In this document: positions 38,827 through 51,769 of the stretch, in pieces | Position numbering within the stretch: position 1 is the stretch's first letter | How the letters are laid out: the number at the start of each line of letters is the position of its first letter | Origin: Chiloscyllium plagiosum | Lineage: Eukaryota | DNA: 64,000 nt | Direction of reading: 5' to 3' | NCBI RefSeq assembly: GCF_004010195.1 | Contig: NC_057719.1 | Coordinates: 78,569,502-78,633,501 of the forward strand | The notes under the pieces: model-generated | Told to the model about the DNA's origin: nothing | Databases searched by the model: none | Seen by the model: only the letters and a program-made list of their open reading frames with translations | Translations under genes and position numbers: made by a program

Positions 38827-38916
38827 TCACCTGATGAAGGAGTGACGCTCCGAAAGCTAGTGTGCTTCCAATTAAACCTGTTGGACTATAACCTGGTGTT
38901 ATGTGATTTTTAACTT
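38827..38916 (+). mobile_element. 90-bp hammerhead-bearing insert (family 2) with 12-bp TSD
   Basis: cac-CTGATGA-A-GGAGT GAC GCTCC-GAAA-GCTA-gtg at 38828-38862; tggttt(g/a)accta at 38815-38826 and 38917-38928. Confidence 0.8.
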
Positions 38917-39436
38917 TGGTTTAACCTAAGCATTCTCAATGATTGGATTCCAGGACCAATGACAAAGTAGGAAACTAGACTCCTTTTTTCTTGATAGCTG
39001 CTTGATTTCCAGAATACAACTTGAAGCATGTCTGTCTCCAACTCCCTATAACCTCCCAGGAGGCTTTTTTAACAATTGTTCGGGAAATCAAATAGATGAA
39101 GAGACACGTTTAAGTTAAAATAGAAACTTTAACAGTGCAGTACTCCTTCAGTACTGCATCCTAAGCATTTAGTTTTGCAAGTGTGGTAGCAGCTGTGCCA
39201 GACCCAGTACACAGGTCTTTGTTCATGCATTGTGTGTTGCTGGGTCACCATTCCAAACCTCTAAGATTGGCTCGTCCAATATCATACCCATTCCCCTATC
39301 ATAGCCAAGTCTTTCTTTATATGTGCTTAAGAACTCAATCACTCAATGTCTTTCATTTGCCCATCTGCCTTTTTAATATGGTATTGTATCCAAATGCAGT
39401 TTCTTGACAAGCCAGAATATTTCAGCAATGACAGAA

Positions 39437-39772
39437 TGGGGCAGCACAGTAACTCAGTGGTTAGCACTGCTGCCTCACAGCTCCAGTGACCTGGGTTCAA
39501 ATCCACCCTAGGGCGACTGTCTGTGTGAAGTTTGCACATTCTCCCCATGTCTGCGTGGGTTTCCCTTGAAGCTCCAGTTTCCTCCCACAAACCAAAGATG
39601 TGCAGGTCAGGTGCATTGACCATAGTGTCCAGGGATGTATAGGCTAGGTGGGTTAGCCATGGGAAATGCAGGGGTAGAGGGTGGGTCTGGGTTGGAACGC
39701 TCTTTGGAGGGTCACTGCAGGCTCACTGGTCCGAATTGTCTGCTTCCACACTGTATGGATTCTATGATTCTG
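39437..39772 (+). mobile_element. HE1-like V-SINE
   Basis: tRNA head with ggttcaaatcc, V core and gattctatgattct tail. Confidence 0.9.
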
Positions 39773-41229
39773 ATCTGAAAGACCTCATGAATCTGGGTTC
39801 AAATCCAGTCAAAGAGCTGGAGTGGTGACACTAAACATGTAGACTTATTCATGTGAATAGAGAGTTGGGAAAGGTACTGGCCATCTGCCATCCCTGTAGT
39901 AAGCCTATTGAGTGAAGATCCTCACAGCAGGAGATCAGATAATAAAGGGGCGAGATAAAAGGGAAATGCAAATAATTTCCATTCTTCAAACAAATACATA
40001 ATGAGCATAAATTTGGCACCCCTCATCTAGAGCAGTTCAAGGAAATGAAAAATGCATTTCTAAATAGAATAGGAATTTCTCATATTCAGGCAAGTATTGT
40101 TTCTAAGTTGGCAACAAAGACAGAAAATCACCACAATTAGCATTAACACTTAAGCAAAACCTGATTTCTGCACAGTGGGCAAACGTTGTGCTATATTTAG
40201 TTTTGAAATGTAGAGCACCGATTATTCCACTAACATCTGTTTGTAAATCTGTACAAGGCTGGAAAGACAGAGGCTGAGAACAGAAAACCAATTGCAAGGT
40301 TATTGGAGCTGATGAAAGTTGTACAACATCAAAAAAAATCCCAAATAAAAGCAACTACCCTTGATGGAAAAACACAATGTTTGTTTTTAAGACAACATTC
40401 CGAAACAGCTGACATGCATGTATGTAGCGCCCTTCATGACCTCATGATGTCCCAGAACTCTTCACATCCTTCCAAAGATGGGTTATACCCAAAATGTTCT
40501 TCATCTCCTGATGCTACCTGGCTTGCTGTGTTCTTCCAGCCTCCTGCTTGTCTACTTTTGGATTCCAGCTGCTGCAGTTTTTTTTTTTGTCTTTAAATCT
40601 TTCCAAGGAGCAAGGAGGCAATACAGCATTCATAATGTCCATATGACCAAGAACTCACTTCAGTTTGCCATCAGAACATTAAAGGGTAATTGCTACTGAA
40701 CTGAAAGGAATCCTGTCTTAGGTTACATATATTTGAGTAGCCCTATTTGCAGGGGTTCTGACAAGAGAAAGATAGGCTTGTGTCATTTAGGAAATACTTG
40801 CTGGCTGTCAGCATATGCTTTTAATGGCTGATTATTCTGTAGGCAAAGTTTTGCATTCAGTTGTATTGATCGGCTTTTTAGAAAGCAGCCAGCAGCGACT
40901 GCAGTGATGAGTCACCCAAGCCAGCTCAGGCATAAAGAGACGTGACCTGTCATTAAAATGGCAACACTGATGTAATAGAAATGTGCCCATCCATTGATGC
41001 GGAGAGGACGTGATTGACCAAAGTAAAGAAAAAAGGAACGCAAATAGAACTTCCCTCCAGAAAAGATTTAAAAACTCATAAGTAAATAAATAGATAGATG
41101 TTACCTAGATATAAAGGCCACAGGAAGGGCTCTATGAAAGCCAATAGATAAAACACTAGGATTTCTTTTAGAGATCTGTCACTTTGTTCGACCATTTTCC
41201 ATTCAATCATCAAGTCGCAGAGACTCGGG

Positions 41230-42290
41230 TAAAAATAAAAAAAAGACAACACCGAAATTCTCAGCAGACTTGGCAGTATCACAGAGGGAGAAATCGAGCT
41301 GATTTTTCAGGTCTGTGATCTATCATTGGAGCAGGTTGGGAAAAAAAATAGTTTTTTAAAGCAAGTGGAACTTGAAAGAACCCAAGGGAGATAGAATAGG
41401 ATAGGATCGAAAATTGGAAAAGTTCAGTGAGATTTGATAATGGAGGACTGATGACGGGGCAAATGAGGGGCAAACAAAAGCCAAAAGATAAATCTGGGGG
41501 AAGTGTGAGCGGCAGAGTGCTGAGCAGCTTGAGAACAAAAGTAAAAATGAAGAAAAAAACAGGACAAAAATCTGCAAAAGCAAGGACACAAAACAGGGAT
41601 CTCGGTGTTGAATCAGGAGGACTGACCAATGCGATATGCAAAGGTAAGGTGCTGTTCCTCAAAGTTGGTTCAGCTTCACTGAAACACAAGACCATAAGAC
41701 ATATAGGTGTGGAAGCAAGGCCATTCGGTCCATCGAGTCCACTCCGCCATTTAATCATGGCTGATGGGTTTTTTTAACTCCACTTACCCGCACTCTCCCC
41801 GTAGCCCTTAATTCCTTGCGCAATCAAGAATTTATCAATCTCTGCCTTGAAAAAACCCAACACCCCAACCTCCAGTGCTCTCCGGGGCAACGAATTCCAT
41901 AGGCCCACCACTCTCTGGCTGAAGAAATGTCTCTTCATTTCCGTTCTAAATTGACTCTCTCTAATTTTAAGGCAATGCCCACGGGTCCTAGTCTCCCCGC
42001 CTAACGGAAACAATTTCCCAGCATCCACCCTTTCTAAGTCATGCATTATCTTGTAAGTTTCTATTAGATATCCCCTCAACCTACTCAACTCTAATGAATA
42101 CAATCCCAGACTCTTCAGCTGGCCATCATATGTTAGGCACAATCCCAGGATCCTCAGCCGATCATCATATGTTAGGAGCACTGCAGGAGGCAGAGCACAG
42201 CAAGGTCAGGGTGGATGTAAGGCAGACCCCATTGACATGACAGGGTCACCCTTGCAGACTGATTTGGGGTGTTCCCCAAAGGGGGTCATC
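41230..42290 (-). mobile_element. Old degenerate PLE remnant interrupted by a CR1 3' fragment (~41690-42177)
   Basis: ctcagcagacttggcagtatc...tttcaggtc end, purine-rich UTR, and gctgttcctc...ttcactgaaacac resuming as ctgcaggaggc; the CR1 piece is ORF 41774..42181. Confidence 0.6.
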
Positions 42291-42999
42291 CAGTCAGCAT
42301 TTGGTCTCCCCATTGTAGAGCAGGCCACTTTATAAGCATTGTACACAGTGGACTAGTGATTCGCGATCCTTTAATCGAAGATAAGGTTCTATAATTTAAA
42401 TGTATAAAGGAAATAGCAGCAAGAATGGCTCTGAACTCCTGAGGTTTGGAGCTCCCCGATGTTGTGCAGTGTTGAACTTCTGTGTACAATGGCACACAGA
42501 GAAATTTCATACCCACCCATTAAATGTGTTATTGCACAGCACAGTCTGATGTTGGATACAGGAAATTCCCGAAAGTTGGGCTTGGTAAAAAATACACGTT
42601 AAAGAGGTCATTAGTCGATCTTCTTCACTAACTGTCTCAGAATGTAGAGCATTAGAAATTAGCCATTGTGTCCCCTGTTGTTATAGAAATGGGAAGGATT
42701 GGAGAGGTGGCATGGATGATTATTTAAGTAGCCTCCAACCTCTGTACTGAATCTAGAGTGATTGAGTGCACTGAGCCAATTTGCCAATTTTATGGCTTCA
42801 TGTTAGGCAGTTCACTGCCTCCTTCTCAAGAGTAATTAGGGATGGGCAGTAAGCACTAGGCCGGCCAGCCACGCACAATACTTTTTTTAAATAAAAATTG
42901 GTCCATAATTCACAATGATCAAGCACTGGGAATGTTGCTTTTGGGCAGCACTGGGAGACATGGGCAGATGATGGAGCTATAGTCTGTCTCAGCACAAGG

Positions 43000-43240
43000 A
43001 GACATAGAGTCATAGAGATGTACAGCATGGAAACAGACCCTTCAGTCCAACCCGTCCATGCCGACCAGATATCCCAACCCAATCTAGTCCCACCTGCCAG
43101 CACCCGGCCCATATCCCTCCAAACCCTTCCTATTCATNNNNNNNNNATTTTGTAAACCTCTATAAGGTCACCCCTCAGCCTCTGACGCTCCAGGGAAAAC
43201 AACCCCAGCCTGTTCAACCTCTCCCTATGGCTCAAATCAT
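43000..43240 (-). mobile_element. HER1 LINE 3' fragment containing an N-gap
   Basis: catagagtcatagagatgtacagcatggaaacagaccc tail. Confidence 0.85.
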
Positions 43241-43479
43241 GGATGGGAGCACAACCAACTGCTCTGCCATTTCTTCTGGGCTTGTCATTACAAGGTAGAT
43301 TCAGCAACAAATCTCATGGATCTGCCGTAGGGAGAGGAACAATTTGAAAATGGAGAACCAAATTGCAAGGTTATTGGAGCTGTTGAAAATAGTACAACAT
43401 AAAAAAACACAACTAAAAGAAACTACCCTTGATGGAAAGGCACAATGTTTGTTTTTACAACAACTTTCCGAAATAGATG

Positions 43480-43845
43480 ACATGCATTTATATAGCGCCA
43501 TTCATGACCTTATGATGTCCCAAAGCTCTTCACAACCAAAGAAATAGGTCTGCAGTCCCTGAAGTGCTGCAGCCAATTTGCACTCAGTGTCTCCTCCGAA
43601 CAGCAATGTGATAACCGTCCGCTTTTGGCAATGTTCATTAATGAGGAAATGTTGACCTGGTGATAACTCACTCCTCTTCAAAATAATGCTTTGGAAACAT
43701 GGGGTGGTGTCCATTTACCACCCCATCTGAACAAACAGCACTTCAGAGCCCCCTCAGTACCACAGGAGAATTTAAGTCTCCATGTAGGAATTGAACCCAA
43801 AATCCTTTAACTCAGAAGGGAGAGTCCTATCCACTTTGTCACAGA
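43480..43845 (-). mobile_element. Old Deu-domain SINE remnant
   Basis: gcatttatatagcgcc tail, gcagccaatttgcac core, ttgaacccaaaatcctttaactcagaagg head (all reverse complement). Confidence 0.65.
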
Positions 43846-43969
43846 ATTTTAAAATCTATTTCAAACTAATTTTACTGGTGTGATGTCTTGATATATGACT
43901 GCCATTTTAGCTGAAATAGCAGTTTCACTATTAAGCAACTTTGCTGTAATGATAATTGTTTCCAGACAT

Positions 43970-45890
43970 TGGAACATAGAAATAGAACAGTACAGCACAG
44001 GAACAGGCCCTTGGCCCACAATATCTGTGCTGATCTTGATGCTATTTTAAACTAACCCCATCTGTCTGCATTTCGTATCCCTCTATTCCCTGCCTGTTCA
44101 TGCGTATGTCTAAATGCCTCTTAAACGTTGCTATTGTATCTGCTTCTACCACCTTCCGTGTCAGTGAGTTCCAGGCACCTACCACCAACCATGTAAAAAA
44201 AACTTGTCCTGCATATCTCCTTTAAACTTTCCCTTAAACCTATGCTCCCTAGTTTTGACATTTCCACCCTGGGAAAAAGACTCTGACTATCCACCCTATT
44301 ATTTTACATAATTCTATCATGTCACCCCATAGCTTTCAGTGCACTAGCAAAACCAATTGGATTTTGTCCTTACAACTAAATGCACTCTAATCCAAACAAC
44401 ATCCTGGTAAACCTCTTTTGCACCCACTCCAAAGGCTGCATATCCTTGCTACAGTGTGGCGAGCAGAACTGCCCACAATACTCCAAAGGTGGCCAAACTT
44501 CTACAGCTGTCTCATGACTTGCTAACTTTTATATTCAATGCTCCAACCAATAAAGGGAAGCATGTTGCCATTTTTATAAAACTACGCACAACACCCTAGG
44601 ATCGCTCAGTATCTCAATGCTCCCAACAATCCTGTGTGTTTTACTCTTGCGTTTGACCTCCCAAAATGCATTACCTCACATTTTTCCAGATTAAACAATC
44701 TGCCATTTCTTTGCCCAGTTTTCCAACTGATATATACCCTACTGTATCCGTTGGCACTTTCCTCACTATCCACAACTCCCAACAATTTTGGTATCATCTG
44801 CAAACGTACGAATCAGAGCACCTACGTTTTGATCCAAATCATTTGTATAAATTACATACAACACAGGCCCCAGCACTGATCCTTGTGAAATACGACAGGT
44901 CGCATACCTCCAGTTGTAAAAACACCCCTCTACAACTAACCTGTGTCTTCTATGTCTAAGCCAAGTTGAGCAACTCACTGTGGATCCCTTGTGCCTTTAT
45001 CTTCTGGACCAGCCGGCCATGAGGGACCTTGTGAAATGCGTGACTGAAGTCAATGCAGACAATATTATTGCCCTTATCATCATCAATCATTTTATCACTT
45101 CCTTAAAAAAACTCAATCAAATCTGTGAAACAGGACCTCCCAGTACAAAGCCATGCTGCCTAACCCTAACAAGTCCATACTTTTCCAAATGAGAGTAAAT
45201 CCTGTTCCTAAGAACCTTCTGTAGTTTCCCTATCTCTGATGAAAGGTTCACCAGCCTGTAATTTCTTAGGTCATCCCTTTTGCCCTTCTTAAACAAAATT
45301 GGCTATTCTCCAGTTTTCTGGGGCTTCGCCTGTGGCTTAAAAGGATTCAAAGATCTCTATCAAGGCTCCAACAATCGCTTCCCTTGCCTCCCTCACTGTC
45401 CTGGGATAGATCCCATCACACCCTCGGGACACATGTTTTTTAAGACACCCACCAACCTCCTCCTCCTTCACATCAACATGCCCTGAATTATCAGCATACC
45501 CCTCTTTGACCATATCATTATCTATGTCCTTCTCCTTGGTGAATACCAGTGCAAATTGCTCATTAAAGACCTCACCTACTTCCTTTGGCTCCACATACAA
45601 ATTTCCTCCTTTGTCTTTGGGTGGACTTAACTTTCCCTAGTTCCCCTCTTGCTCATGATTTGCATTTAAAATGCCTTGGGATTTTCTTTTTTACAATTAA
45701 TGAGGAAATTTCATGGCCCCTTCTAGCGCTCCTAATTTTTTTTGAGGTTTGTTTCTGCTTCCTTTATATTTCTGAAGGGTCCTGTTTGATTTCAGTTTCC
45801 TAAACCTATTGGTCCTTTTTAAATAAACTTCCATTATCTCTCATCATCCAACATTCCTGAATCTTTCCATCCTCACAGGAACGTGCTGTA
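43970..45890 (-). mobile_element. Degenerate CR1 LINE (RT plus 3' end)
   Basis: QGSVLGPVLYVIYTNDLD...TFADDTKIVG in ORF 44766..44978; gaacatagaaatagaacag tail. Confidence 0.88.
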
Positions 45891-46082
45891 AACCACCCTG
45901 TTGAAGCCAAATGCACAACAGACATTTGTGCTAGTCTTATTTCGTAAGCACTACAGTAAAATTTGAAGATATAGTAATTAAGGTATAATTATCTTTCATA
46001 GTTCTCTCCATCTGTTTTGTGACACTCCACAGATGTTTTAATGCTCTGATGTAAGCTTCCTGGTTAAATAGCATGCAAACGT

Positions 46083-46251
46083 TTATTCTGAGGTCTTTCT
46101 GAATGTGAAAGCATTTTCCAACAAATATCTTCCTCCTTTGCCAGCACTGCTGTTTTTACTGGCACCGTTCCACGGGTACTGGTTATCTGGATGTTCTGGC
46201 ACTTCATCAGATTTGCCGTTCACTTTGTGACCATAAAGGTCCGTTAGGTAA
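46083..46251 (-). CDS. Candidate terminal exon (YLTDLYGHKVNGKSDEVPEHPDNQYPW...RKTSE*)
   Basis: cccttatcattccacag|T TAC CTA..., 55 open codons; stop overlaps AATAAA; TGCATG just downstream. Confidence 0.3.
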
Positions 46252-47222
46252 CTGTGGAATGATAAGGGATCGGGGCTCAAGGAGGGAGTAGAGGCCTCAG
46301 ATTTAGGTGGAGGGTTGTTTGTGATGGTTTCAGTGGGTCAGAGAAGAACTGCAGGTTTTGGAGAAGGGACTGTGAAACGGAGTGCTGATTGTTTCACTAC
46401 TTGGAGTTATAGAGTCATACAGCACAGAAACAGACCCTATGGTCCAACCAGGGTCCATGCTGACCATAATCCCAAACTAGTCCCGCTGGCCTGCTCTTGG
46501 TTCAAATGCCTCCAAACATTTCTTACTTATGTCCTTATCCAAATATCTTTTCAACATTATAACTGCACCCGTATTGACCACTTTCTCTGAAAGTTCATTC
46601 CATACACAAATCACTCTCTGTGTCTTTAAAAAAAAACAAATTGCCCTTCATGTTCTTTTAAAATCTTTATCCTTTCACCTTAAAATATTGTTACCAGCAC
46701 AAAGCATCACCCACAGGCCATGGAGATGGTAGACATGATGCCAATGATTAAAAGTATGGGCACCATGCCAATGATTTCCTGTTATGTTCTGGCAAAGGTT
46801 TAGATCAGGCTGTAGCAGGCACTCTGCACTTTGCAGTGGGGGGGGTTAAAAGGTAAGGATCAGGAGCAACTGACCTTAGCTCCAAGGGTGTTGCAGGACT
46901 CAATCTGAGAGAAGAAGGGCATTGGCAAACATCCGGGTTGCTATGCTGAAGACTGGCACACCAGAAATAGCTAGTCCTCTAGCCATTACAATTTTAATTG
47001 GATGAGATTTAAAAAAACTTAAATCAGGAATGCATATTAGAGAGATGGAAAGAATCAGCAGCTGGAATTGGCTCCCAGTTCTCAACCACTGTGCAGTTTG
47101 CCAAGGACCTGAAATAGGCAGGATTCATGCGCATATATGTTAATGTGCGTGGGTTATTCATTATATTGAGTGATGACAACCAAGAGGCATCCTTTGGTCA
47201 GTATTAGGCCTTACTATGTATG

Positions 47223-47462
47223 TGAGTTTTGAGAAGATTTGTAGCTTAGGTTGAGGTTCTGGATGTAGGTTTGCTCACTGATCTGGAAAGTTCATTTTCA
47301 GACATCATCACAGGACATCACCAACCCAAGGAAGCCCAAACACTTAAATAGAAAGTGGGCTAAACCACCAGTCCTTCATCTGGAGGCTCACTGAAGACGT
47401 TACCTAGTATGATGACGAAACATCTGAAAACGAATCTTTCAGCTCACTGGGCAAACCTACAT
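47223..47462. mobile_element. PLE-derived insert (family 3) with inverted arms, hammerhead motif and ~14-bp TSD
   Basis: Arms 47261-47303 and 47423-47464; tca-CTGAAGA-C-GTTACC TAGTAT GATGAC-GAAA-CATC-tga at 47388-47427; cctt(a/t)ctatgtatg at 47209-47222 and 47463-47476. Confidence 0.75.
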
Positions 47463-48296
47463 CCTTTCTATGTATGCCAAATGCCTACTTAAGACTCCCT
47501 CACTAGGCAGCCAAAGCCCTAGGATAAACAAACCCTAAACATAACATACATGAAAACAAGTTAAATATTATTATTACCATTGTGATTGGCACTGCTGCTG
47601 GTTCAGGCATCTCTAGTCAGCAGCTTGCATTCTTTAGTCACAATTTCAAGATTTCCCAAAGGCTCTGCCGCTCGACCCTAAACTTAACCTCCCAATTGAT
47701 TAATACCCATACTCTTATTCCAAGCCCCAGATACCCAATTCTTTCTCTAACGCCAACAGTTCTTCTCAGACTCACTGAAATTATCGCAAACATCCCTCAG
47801 CCTAAATCTGAGGCCTCTACTTCCTCCTTGTGTCCCTGTCCTTATCATTTCTAGTTACTAGTGGACCTCTGATCTCTTTCTGAATCAATAATCCCTTTGC
47901 AATTATCAGTTGCAAAGATCCATGACTGTTCCCTCATGCTTGGTCCCTCCCAATCTATCCAATACCTTGACAATTAATCCCTACTTCTGATTGCCCTCAA
48001 CTACCTGATCCCAAAACAAAAATCTTTTCATGACCTTCTGATCTTTCTCCAATTCCCCAATCCCTACGTTACCCCCCAGTTCCTCTCTCTGAAGCTCACC
48101 AATCCCAATCATTTCCCTTGAACAACTGATCGCTTTCCGTCCCTCCTAGAACACCAGCCCTTGGATCCCAATTCTGATCCAGCAGTCCCTTCCAAACTCC
48201 CCTTCTCAGAATCATTCCCTGACCTTGCCCTACTCCTTGACATCCTAATTGTCCCCAAATGTTCCTTGACTTTCCTAGCATTTCCTGACCATTTCC

Positions 48297-49180
48297 AACA
48301 TTCGACAAGGTTCCCCATGGGAGACTGATTAGCAAGGTTAGATCTCATGGAATACAGGGAGAACTAGCCATTTGGATACAGAACTGGCTCAAAGGTAGAA
48401 GACAGAGGGGGTGGTGGAGGGTTGNNNNNNNNNNNNNNNNNNNNNNNNNNNNNNNNNNNNNNNNNNNNNNNNNNNNNNNNNNNNNNNNNNNNNNNNNNNN
48501 NNNNNNNNNNNNNNNNNNNNNNNNNNNNNNNNNNNNNNNNNNNNNNNNNNNNNNNNNNNNNNNNNNNNNNNNNNNNNNNNNNNNNNNNNNNNNNNNNNNN
48601 NNNNNNNNNNNNNNNNNNNNNNNNNNNNNNNNNNNNTGTTGCGGCTGTACAGGACATTGGTTAGGCCACTTTTGGAATATTGCGTGCAATTCTGGTCTCC
48701 CGCCTATTGGAAAGATGTTGTGAAACTTGAATGATTTACAAGGATGTTGCCAGGGTTGGAGGATCTGAGCTACAGGGAGAGGCTGAACATGCTGGGGCTG
48801 TTTTCCCTGGAGCGTCGGAGGCTGAGGGGCATGGATAGGATAAATATACAAAGTCGTTTCCCTGGGGTCGGGGAGTTCAGAACCAGAGGGCATAGGTTTA
48901 GGGTGAGAGGGGAAAGATATAAAAGAGACCTAAGGGGCAACATTTTCACACAGTGGGTGGTATGTGTATGGAATAAGCTGCTAGAGGATGTGGTTGAGGC
49001 TGGTACAATTGCAACATTGAAGAGGTATTTGGATGGATATATGAATAGGAAGAGTTTGGAGGGATATGGGCCGGGTGCTGGCAGGTGGGACTAGATTGAG
49101 TTGGGATATCTGGTCGGCATGGACAGGTTGGACGGTAGGGTCTGTTTCCATGCTGTACATCTCTATGGCTCTATGACTCT
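48297..49180 (+). mobile_element. HER1/CR1 LINE 3' half with N-gap
   Basis: ttcgacaaggttccccatggg (FDKVPHG), ORFs 48411..48734 and 48744..49094, ctctatgactct tail. Confidence 0.9.
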
Positions 49181-49487
49181 AACATCCTAATCACTTTTTG
49201 ATTCCCTTGCCCAGTCCTATACCTGAGGACCTTACAATCCCTCTTTAACAACTGACATCAAGGCCAGAATTTACCCATTGATCTTGTGCAGTTGTTTTCA
49301 GCAATGTCCTCTTTACTGTCATGAATTCCCTCAGCCTCCACCCTACCCCAACTCTTCAATCCACCTCCAACCCACCACAGACATCCCCAATCCCAAGTTC
49401 CACCTACTAATCCACTTGTTAACAACTCTGTCCACTGCTAATCCCTTCTGTAATAAGCCAAATCAATGCACCTAAACACATTTAGAG

Positions 49488-49590
49488 TCAGGATTAGAGT
49501 GGTGCTGGAAAAGCGCAGCAGTTCAGGCAGCATCCAAGGAGCAGTCTAATCTAGACTCTGGTTTCCAGCATCTGCAGTCATTGTTTTTAC
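49488..49590. mobile_element. Internally deleted family-1 PLE mini-element with 11-bp TSD
   Basis: cacatttagag at 49477-49487 and 49591-49601. Confidence 0.8.
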
Positions 49591-49738
49591 CACATTTAGA
49601 GGCAGCTATATCTAGTTGCAGTCCATTGAATAAATATATACTAATAAATACAATGTTGTCAGAGACCTCGCACATTTTACTATTTATTTCATTCAAAGTA
49701 CTTTTTCAATTCATGTCAACAATTTTCCATGTTTACTT

Positions 49739-50076
49739 GGGTGGCACATTGGCTCAGTGGTTAGCACTCCTGCCTCGCAGCGCCAGGGACCCAGGTTCGA
49801 TTTCACCCATGGGCAACCGTGTGCAGTTTGCATATTCTCTCCGTGTCTGCGTGCGTTTCCTCCAGGTGTTCAGTTTTCCTCCCACAGTCCAAAGCTGTGC
49901 AGGTTAGGTGAATGCTAAATTGCCCACAGTATCCAGGGATGTGCAGGCTAGGTGGATTAACCATGGGAATTACAGGGTTGCAGAGATAAGGTGGGTCTGG
50001 GTGTGATATTCTTCCGAGGATCAATATGGACTTCATGGGCTGAATGGCCTGCTTCCATACTTCAGTGATTGTAGGA
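49739..50076 (+). mobile_element. HE1-like V-SINE
   Basis: tggctcagtggttagc A-box, ggttcgattt B-box, V core. Confidence 0.88.
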
Positions 50077-50618
50077 TTTCACTTGCATTAGGTTAAAGCT
50101 TAGGCATACTCATAAAAGCAATTAAAAATAATAAAAAAAACATTGATTATTTTAAAAATATCAACATAATACTGTAAATCCTCTGATCAAAGGGGACCTG
50201 ATTTCAGCACTAATGCACATCTCAGCTGTCCAGCATGGCTGTCATAACTGATGACCATGCCCTACAGCTGGAACAGCAACTCTCTCAAGTTCCAGTGCAA
50301 GAAATCTAACTGGCAGTTTTAATTATGGTCAGTGGCGATCACACATCCTGAACTGCCCTTCAAAGATACGGGGCCATTATATCGGCTGTGGAACAGTTTG
50401 GCACATTCAGAGATCATCGCGGTTTGGTATTGATGCAAGTCATTGTTTTCATTCTATTTCTGACTGGAATTACAATTCGGGGATAATCAGACAGGCTCCG
50501 CGTTGGATTGACCTAACCTCATTGGGACTGCAGTTCTTTGAGACTTGTGTCTCTTTGGTTGACACTGGAAACTGTGTTTTCCATTACTCCTGCTCTTGCT
50601 GAGCTTAGGCTTGGTGCC

Positions 50619-50715
50619 TTAAAATTCCTCATGAGCGAAACAACCTCTGACATGAACATTGTGACTGCTGCAGTTAATCTCGACATCAATCAAATCTTCC
50701 TCTCCAGAGCAGGAG
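50619..50715 (-). CDS. Candidate terminal exon (SCSGEEDLIDVEINCSSHNVHVRGCFAHEEF*)
   Basis: ctgactgcctccattttatcgtccag|C TCC TGC...; branch-like CTGAC and a pyrimidine tract; unique sequence. Confidence 0.35.
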
Positions 50716-51769
50716 CTGGACGATAAAATGGAGGCAGTCAGTGTAATAGTGTTCCCCAATGATTCAGGTTTAGAGGCAGTTAATAATTCTTGCCCTCTGT
50801 TGTGGTTTTCTACATTTGTAAGAGAAAATGCTCAGATAATGTTAACACAGCTAGCCCTGTAAAAATACATGTTAATGGGTCAGGCACCCAGTTTTTATTT
50901 GACATAGGGGTCAGGGTTTCCCAGACAGGTGTCCTAATCGGGGACAATGCCCCTTTATGCTGTTTTAAGTAGTCAAGAGGCAAATGACCAAACTAACTCA
51001 CTGACACATTGATCACTAAATTCCCACTCTCTGAACTGCATTGTAGCTACAGATATACATGACCAGTTCAGTCAGGTTTGCTGTCAATGGTGACACCCAG
51101 AGTGTTGATGGTGGGCTCTTCAATGATGGGAATGTCATCGAATGTTAAGCATTTGTCTCTTTTAGAAAACAGTCATTCTTTGACATCTGTGTGATGTCTT
51201 GCTCCTGAACTTTGTTCAGGTCTTGTCACGTGCCTTGTATCATTGTCTGAGGAGATGCAAATGGCATTGAGCACTGTGCAATATTGAGCAAGCATTCCCA
51301 CTCATAATCTTGTGTTTGGAGGTAAAGTGAATGATGAAGGAGATTATGATTATGGGTGCGTGCATTTCCTTGAGGAGACTCTGTGACCATGCCTAATGAG
51401 TGGCTCCAAAAACCATGATCATCATCCTTTGTGCTGGATATGACTCCAGCCACCAGAGACTTAACCTCAAGTCCCATTGACTTACATTTTACGAGGGCTC
51501 TTGAAGCATTGATCCAATCATCTTATGGTGTGGTGCATCACAATGTTAATTCCTTACCTGAACCTATTGAAAACAGTATGAATCTCCTGATTAACTCCCC
51601 TCAACTTCAGCTAGAGGGATAAGAACAAAAGAACATTAGAACTAGGAGCAGGAGTAGGCCATTTGGCCCCTCGAGCCTGCTCTGCTGTTCCATAAGATCA
51701 TGGCTGATCTTTTTGTGGATTCACCTCCACTTACCTGCCACTCTCCGTAACCCTAAATTCTTTTACTGA

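Noticed and set aside
40882..40935. Plus-strand KAASSDCSDESPKPAQA* after an AG, with an AP-1 site TGAGTCA
   Set aside because: Too short to distinguish from chance; a single 7-bp motif is uninformative
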